From the sequence record OK335775.1: a stretch of 64,000 bases of DNA. One strand, given 5' to 3'. This document shows, piece after piece, positions 60,584 to 64,000 of the stretch. Positions within the stretch are counted from its first letter, which is position 1. Every line of letters starts with the position of its first letter. The notes beneath the pieces were generated by a model that saw only the letters and a list, made by a program, of their open reading frames with translations, ran no database searches and was not told the DNA's origin. Made by a program: the position numbers and the translations under genes. This stretch comes from Escherichia phage PSD2002.

Positions 60584-60721
60584 ATAATATGGATTGGCTG
60601 CCGGACTAGTTAGTTAACCGGAGAATCCTAAGCGGTGGACTACAACTGAGAGACTTGCCGAAAGGAAGTGAAATTCAGAAGAACGTGTCCACCAATCTTT
60701 ATCTCGAATTGAGAAACTAAA

Positions 60722-60970
60722 ATGAACAAACAATTGAATCACGCTCTTGAACTGCAACGCAACGCTTGGAACAACGGTCACGAAAACTACGGCGCATCTA
60801 TTGATGTTGAGGCCGAAGCACTGGAAATCCTGCGTTATTTCAAACATCTGAATCCTGCTCAGGCTACTCTGGCTGCTGAACTGGAAGCTAAAGATGAACT
60901 GAAATTTGCTAAGCCTTTGGCTTCAGCAGCTCGTAAAGCAGTACGTCATTTTATTATTACCCTGAAGTAA
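60722..60970 (+). CDS. rIII: rIII lysis-inhibition accessory protein
   Basis: 82 aa after gene 31; size and position as T4 rIII. Confidence 0.8.
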   Translation: MNKQLNHALELQRNAWNNGHENYGASIDVEAEALEILRYFKHLNPAQATLAAELEAKDELKFAKPLASAARKAVRHFIITLK

Positions 60971-61232
60971 GTTAAATCGAGGAGCCGTCGAACTGTTTGA
61001 TTAATGATTTGCGAATCATTATAGTTTTAAGACCCCAACAGTTTTACGGTGTACCTCTTGAATGTATTTTGTACTATCACGCGTCAGAAAAAGGTTATCT
61101 GTCTAAGTCGTGGTTGGTATGATGACGAGGTTTATGGTTATCCTGTCGTTAAATATCCTAAACCTATGTTCCCCTTGAGGGCTTGCGCAGGCAACGCCAA
61201 TAAGTCCTGCATCCTAATTTAAGAGATTTAAA

Positions 61233-61394
61233 ATGGCTAAGAAAGAAGTTAAAGTAGTTGACGGTACCTCTAAACGCGCTGGTTACAAGCGTGCGTCCAA
61301 CAAGCGTATCAATCAGGTAGTTGATAAGCTTCAAGCTCGTGCTCGTGCAGTATTGCGTGCAGATGCTGCTTGCTTTGGTAAGCCTCAGGCATAA
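61233..61394 (+). CDS. Hypothetical small basic protein
   Basis: 53-aa ORF below cutoff, Lys/Arg-rich, followed by a strong terminator. Confidence 0.35.
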   Translation: MAKKEVKVVDGTSKRAGYKRASNKRINQVVDKLQARARAVLRADAACFGKPQA

Positions 61395-61399
61395 GTTAT

Positions 61400-61428
61400 G
61401 GGACTCCGAAGAGTCCCATTTTTGTTTC
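61400..61428 (+). terminator. Rho-independent terminator
   Basis: GGGACTC-CGAA-GAGTCCC plus ATTTTTGTTTC. Confidence 0.7.
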
Positions 61429-61445
61429 TAAATCTTTAAAAAAAT

Positions 61446-61474
61446 GGTGTACATCTCCGGTAGGCATGATACTA
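61446..61474 (+). promoter_or_regulatory. Early promoter cassette
   Basis: GTGTAC ... TACTAT followed by the leader ACCAAATAATACGAAAACAAACT, which is repeated at 61925. Confidence 0.5.
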
Positions 61475-61516
61475 TAGACATGTACCAAATAATACGAAAA
61501 CAAACTGGAGAATAAA

Positions 61517-61885
61517 ATGAAAATCAATCTTAACTCATATATCAAATGTAAAGACCACGACGGTTACAAAGCAATCGAAACTAAAGAAATGCAATGGCAC
61601 TTGTACAAAGAACAATTTGAATTTGTAGGTTGCATGACTCCGGAAGGTCCTTCTGATGACTTCTCTTGGAAAATTATGGTAACAAACTTTTTTACCGGTG
61701 ATACCTACGAACTGAAAACTATCATAACCGGTAAGATTCGTTGTAAGACCTATGAAGATGAAGAAACCGGTTATTCTGAAGATGTTACATGGTATCAAAA
61801 TGGTCGCACTACTGCTGATGAGTTGATTGAAAAAATGAAAGCCAAAGGTGAATTAAATTTAGATAATTGGATTAAAGTTGCATAA
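61517..61885 (+). CDS. Hypothetical protein
   Basis: 122-aa ORF after promoter 61446-61474 and GGAGAA. Confidence 0.45.
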   Translation: MKINLNSYIKCKDHDGYKAIETKEMQWHLYKEQFEFVGCMTPEGPSDDFSWKIMVTNFFTGDTYELKTIITGKIRCKTYEDEETGYSEDVTWYQNGRTTADELIEKMKAKGELNLDNWIKVA

Positions 61886-61889
61886 AACA

Positions 61890-61919
61890 GTTTACTTTGG
61901 TACAGGTTGTGTTATTATA
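61890..61919 (+). promoter_or_regulatory. Early promoter cassette
   Basis: GTTTAC ... TATTAT flanked by inverted repeat GGTACAGG/CCTGTACC, then the same leader as at 61475. Confidence 0.55.
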
Positions 61920-61967
61920 GACCTGTACCAAATAATACGAAAACAAACTAAACCAAAGGATAATAAA

Positions 61968-62333
61968 ATGAACTACATCAACTTCGAACGTAAATATGTT
62001 TCTATCGGTGCGGTTGGTTCTAACGAATACATGTGTTTATGGGAGCATAAAAACGGTTCAGTTTGCGAAATCGACCATTGGGTTTCTCCTGATTATGTTT
62101 ATATGCGATTTGAAAATGGTATCACTCTTTCAATCACTAAAGAAGGTTCTTCTTTTAAAATAGCTTTAGATGATGATTTCCGTCAACGTGATTTAGGTAC
62201 TCATCCTTGCTGGAACGGCGTTAATCGTAAGCTTCTGGTTAAAACCTGGATTCGTCACATCCTGAGCAACCGAGCTAAACCTGAACACCTGGAAGCAATC
62301 TTTGATGTAGTTCTGAACGAATTCGATATCTAA
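61968..62333 (+). CDS. Hypothetical protein
   Basis: ATG 61968 after AAGGA; promoter 61890-61919. Confidence 0.45.
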   Translation: MNYINFERKYVSIGAVGSNEYMCLWEHKNGSVCEIDHWVSPDYVYMRFENGITLSITKEGSSFKIALDDDFRQRDLGTHPCWNGVNRKLLVKTWIRHILSNRAKPEHLEAIFDVVLNEFDI

Positions 62334-62375
62334 TCTTAAAAATGGAGGCTTCGGCCTCCTTTGAGGAAAATATTA

Positions 62376-62662
62376 TGTTTATGACCACTTATTTCGATAC
62401 TCGTAAAAATTTCTGTGAAGTTGTTTTCTCTAAAGCAGGTAAAGACGTTCCTGCCGACAAACAACCTACTCGTGAATCTATTAAGGCCTATGCTGATGTT
62501 GTATGCCCTGTAGAATTCCGTACTGTTAATGGTCGTGATACCTTAGCAATCACTAAGCTCAACCGTGATATCAATATCGACCCTAGTGCCGCCCGTGAAG
62601 TCAATACCTCTGACATCTATGGTGGTAATGTTAAATCACACGGCTTTCAGATGAGGTTCTAA
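62376..62662 (+). CDS. Hypothetical protein
   Basis: ATG 62376 after GAGGAAAA. Confidence 0.4.
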
Positions 62663-62856
62663 TGCAACTATTTTTATCGCAAACAGTCCAGTTAAAAGGC
62701 GTAGGTATTCCTGGAATGATTTCCAAGGTTCTACCTGCTTTTAAATTAGGTAATGTTATTATTAAAGAAGCCTACACCGTCTTATGGGTCGATGGAACTG
62801 AAGACGTTCGCATGGGCGGTGAACTGTCTGTAATCAAATGTTTAAAGCGAGGATAA
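62662..62856 (+). CDS. Hypothetical small protein
   Basis: 64-aa ORF. Confidence 0.4.
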   Translation: MQLFLSQTVQLKGVGIPGMISKVLPAFKLGNVIIKEAYTVLWVDGTEDVRMGGELSVIKCLKRG

Positions 62857-62857
62857 T

Positions 62858-63070
62858 ATGTTTAAGAAATTGATTCAGAAATTATTAGGTACGGAAATGG
62901 TCGAAGTGACTTATCGTGTAACTGATTTATCTCCTGTGCATCCACAAGATGAACCATATACTAAAACAATTAAAATGCTGAAATCTGACGGCGGATTATC
63001 TATTAAAGACCGTCTACCTTGTTATGGTCATTGGGCTGATGTAGAGATTATCAGTGTCAAAGATATTTAA
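62858..63070 (+). CDS. Hypothetical small protein, tandem paralog 1
   Basis: 70 aa; shares EVTYRV.DLSP ... SIK(D/E)RLP ... IISVKD with the next ORF. Confidence 0.5.
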   Translation: MFKKLIQKLLGTEMVEVTYRVTDLSPVHPQDEPYTKTIKMLKSDGGLSIKDRLPCYGHWADVEIISVKDI

Positions 63071-63079
63071 GGAGTCTTC

Positions 63080-63292
63080 ATGATTAAGAAATTATTTAAA
63101 AAGCTGTTTGGCTTGGAACTGGTTGAAGTGACTTATCGTGTTATTGATTTATCACCGCCATATGCTTGCGATGAAGATGCTATTAAAACTGTTGTTATGC
63201 GAAAAACATATCGCGGGCAGTCAATTAAAGAAAGATTGCCAGATCATGGCATGTGGTATGCAACCAAGATTATCAGTGTCAAAGATGTCTGA
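63080..63292 (+). CDS. Hypothetical small protein, tandem paralog 2
   Basis: 70 aa; same conserved blocks as the preceding ORF. Confidence 0.5.
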   Translation: MIKKLFKKLFGLELVEVTYRVIDLSPPYACDEDAIKTVVMRKTYRGQSIKERLPDHGMWYATKIISVKDV

Positions 63293-63743
63293 GTTAGAAA
63301 TCAGAAGTAATTTTCCGTGGCCATCGTGTGCATTAAGTAACTTTGCTAAATGGCCTTTCGTTATGGATGGTATCCAATTTGGAGGGCTCGAAGGATTCCT
63401 CCAAGGGTGTAAGGTGAGAAATCATGAACAACAAAAACGTATATTTGGGATGTCCGGTCTGGCCGCACAACAAACTGGAAGAGCTTATGCAAGAGCTGCG
63501 GACCGTGGGACGCTTTTCTGGCTTGGAATTCCCTTTTCAAGATACTCTACATCATGGAAAGAGTTGTATACAAATGCATATTTTGAAGCAGCGCTCCAAA
63601 ACAAAGGATTCCGCGACGCATTACAAGCTACAAAGGGCAAAGTTTTAAAGCATTCGATGGCGAGTCACCTTACAGAATGTGATACAATACTAACTGAAAA
63701 AGAGTTTATCGACATCCTAAACAAATTGAGAGATTTATTATGA
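63285..63743 (+). CDS. NADAR/YbiA-like domain protein (putative N-glycosidase or ADP-ribosyl hydrolase)
   Basis: 152 aa from ATG 63285; N-terminal F.W.S.ALSNFA...F...G..F...E motif typical of NADAR/DUF1768. Confidence 0.45.
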   Translation: MSELEIRSNFPWPSCALSNFAKWPFVMDGIQFGGLEGFLQGCKVRNHEQQKRIFGMSGLAAQQTGRAYARAADRGTLFWLGIPFSRYSTSWKELYTNAYFEAALQNKGFRDALQATKGKVLKHSMASHLTECDTILTEKEFIDILNKLRDLL

Positions 63744-64000
63744 AACCAGTTATCTTAACAGATATCGATGGAGTATGTTTAAGTTGGCAGTCCGGCTTGC
63801 CTTATTTCGCACAGAAATATAATTTGCCTTTAGAACATATTTTGAATATGATTCAGGACGAACGTTTCTTATCTCCTGGTGAGCTGTTTAATTGTGATAA
63901 TGAATTAGGCGCTCGTTTAATCGAGAAGTACAATCAGTCAGATTTTATTCGTTATCTGTCTCCTTACATGGACGCATTAAAACATATCAACAAGCTCAAA
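63743..64000 (+). CDS. Hypothetical protein, 3'-truncated by window end (HAD-like N-terminus)
   Basis: ORF beginning MKPVILTDIDGV (HAD phosphatase-like DxDG motif); runs off the window. Confidence 0.4.

Overview
This window is a contiguous segment of a T-even (T4/T2-like, Tevenvirinae) myovirus genome, almost entirely coding. Gene identities come from protein similarity to phage T4/T2 proteins recalled from memory plus conserved gene order; no database search was possible. The + strand carries the early/middle replication-recombination and host-takeover block: uvsX, 40, 41, a dmd/spackle cluster, primase 61, an HNH homing endonuclease, dCTPase 56, soc, two ModA/ModB-like ADP-ribosyltransferases, dda, dexA, a fused 39/60 topoisomerase subunit, rIIA, rIIB, ndd, 52, motA and asiA. 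The - strand carries the convergent late long-tail-fibre operon 34-35-36-37-38-t, with a T2-type glycine-rich gp38 adhesin. The + strand then resumes with rnh, dsbA, 33, 59, a GIY-YIG-like ORF, 32, frd, td, nrdA, nrdB, denA, rnlA (gene 63), a spanin pair, pseT, cd, 31, rIII and a NADAR-like ORF. td and nrdB are intron-less. No tRNA, CRISPR array, integrase or group I intron was seen. Small ORFs of unknown function sit in clusters, each typically preceded by a repeated early-promoter plus stem-loop cassette (GTTTAC-N17-TAYTAT, GC hairpins with TTCG loops). The most interesting candidates are: a 105-aa ORF with a weak ART-like H-G-S/Y/E pattern beside dmd; an AT-rich HNH endonuclease next to an antisense small membrane ORF with its own late promoter; inverted repeats that span early promoters and would sequester the downstream Shine-Dalgarno in read-through transcripts; several paralogous ORF pairs; and two ORF-free, structured intervals flanking rIII. 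No single clearly novel multi-gene system could be established from sequence alone.
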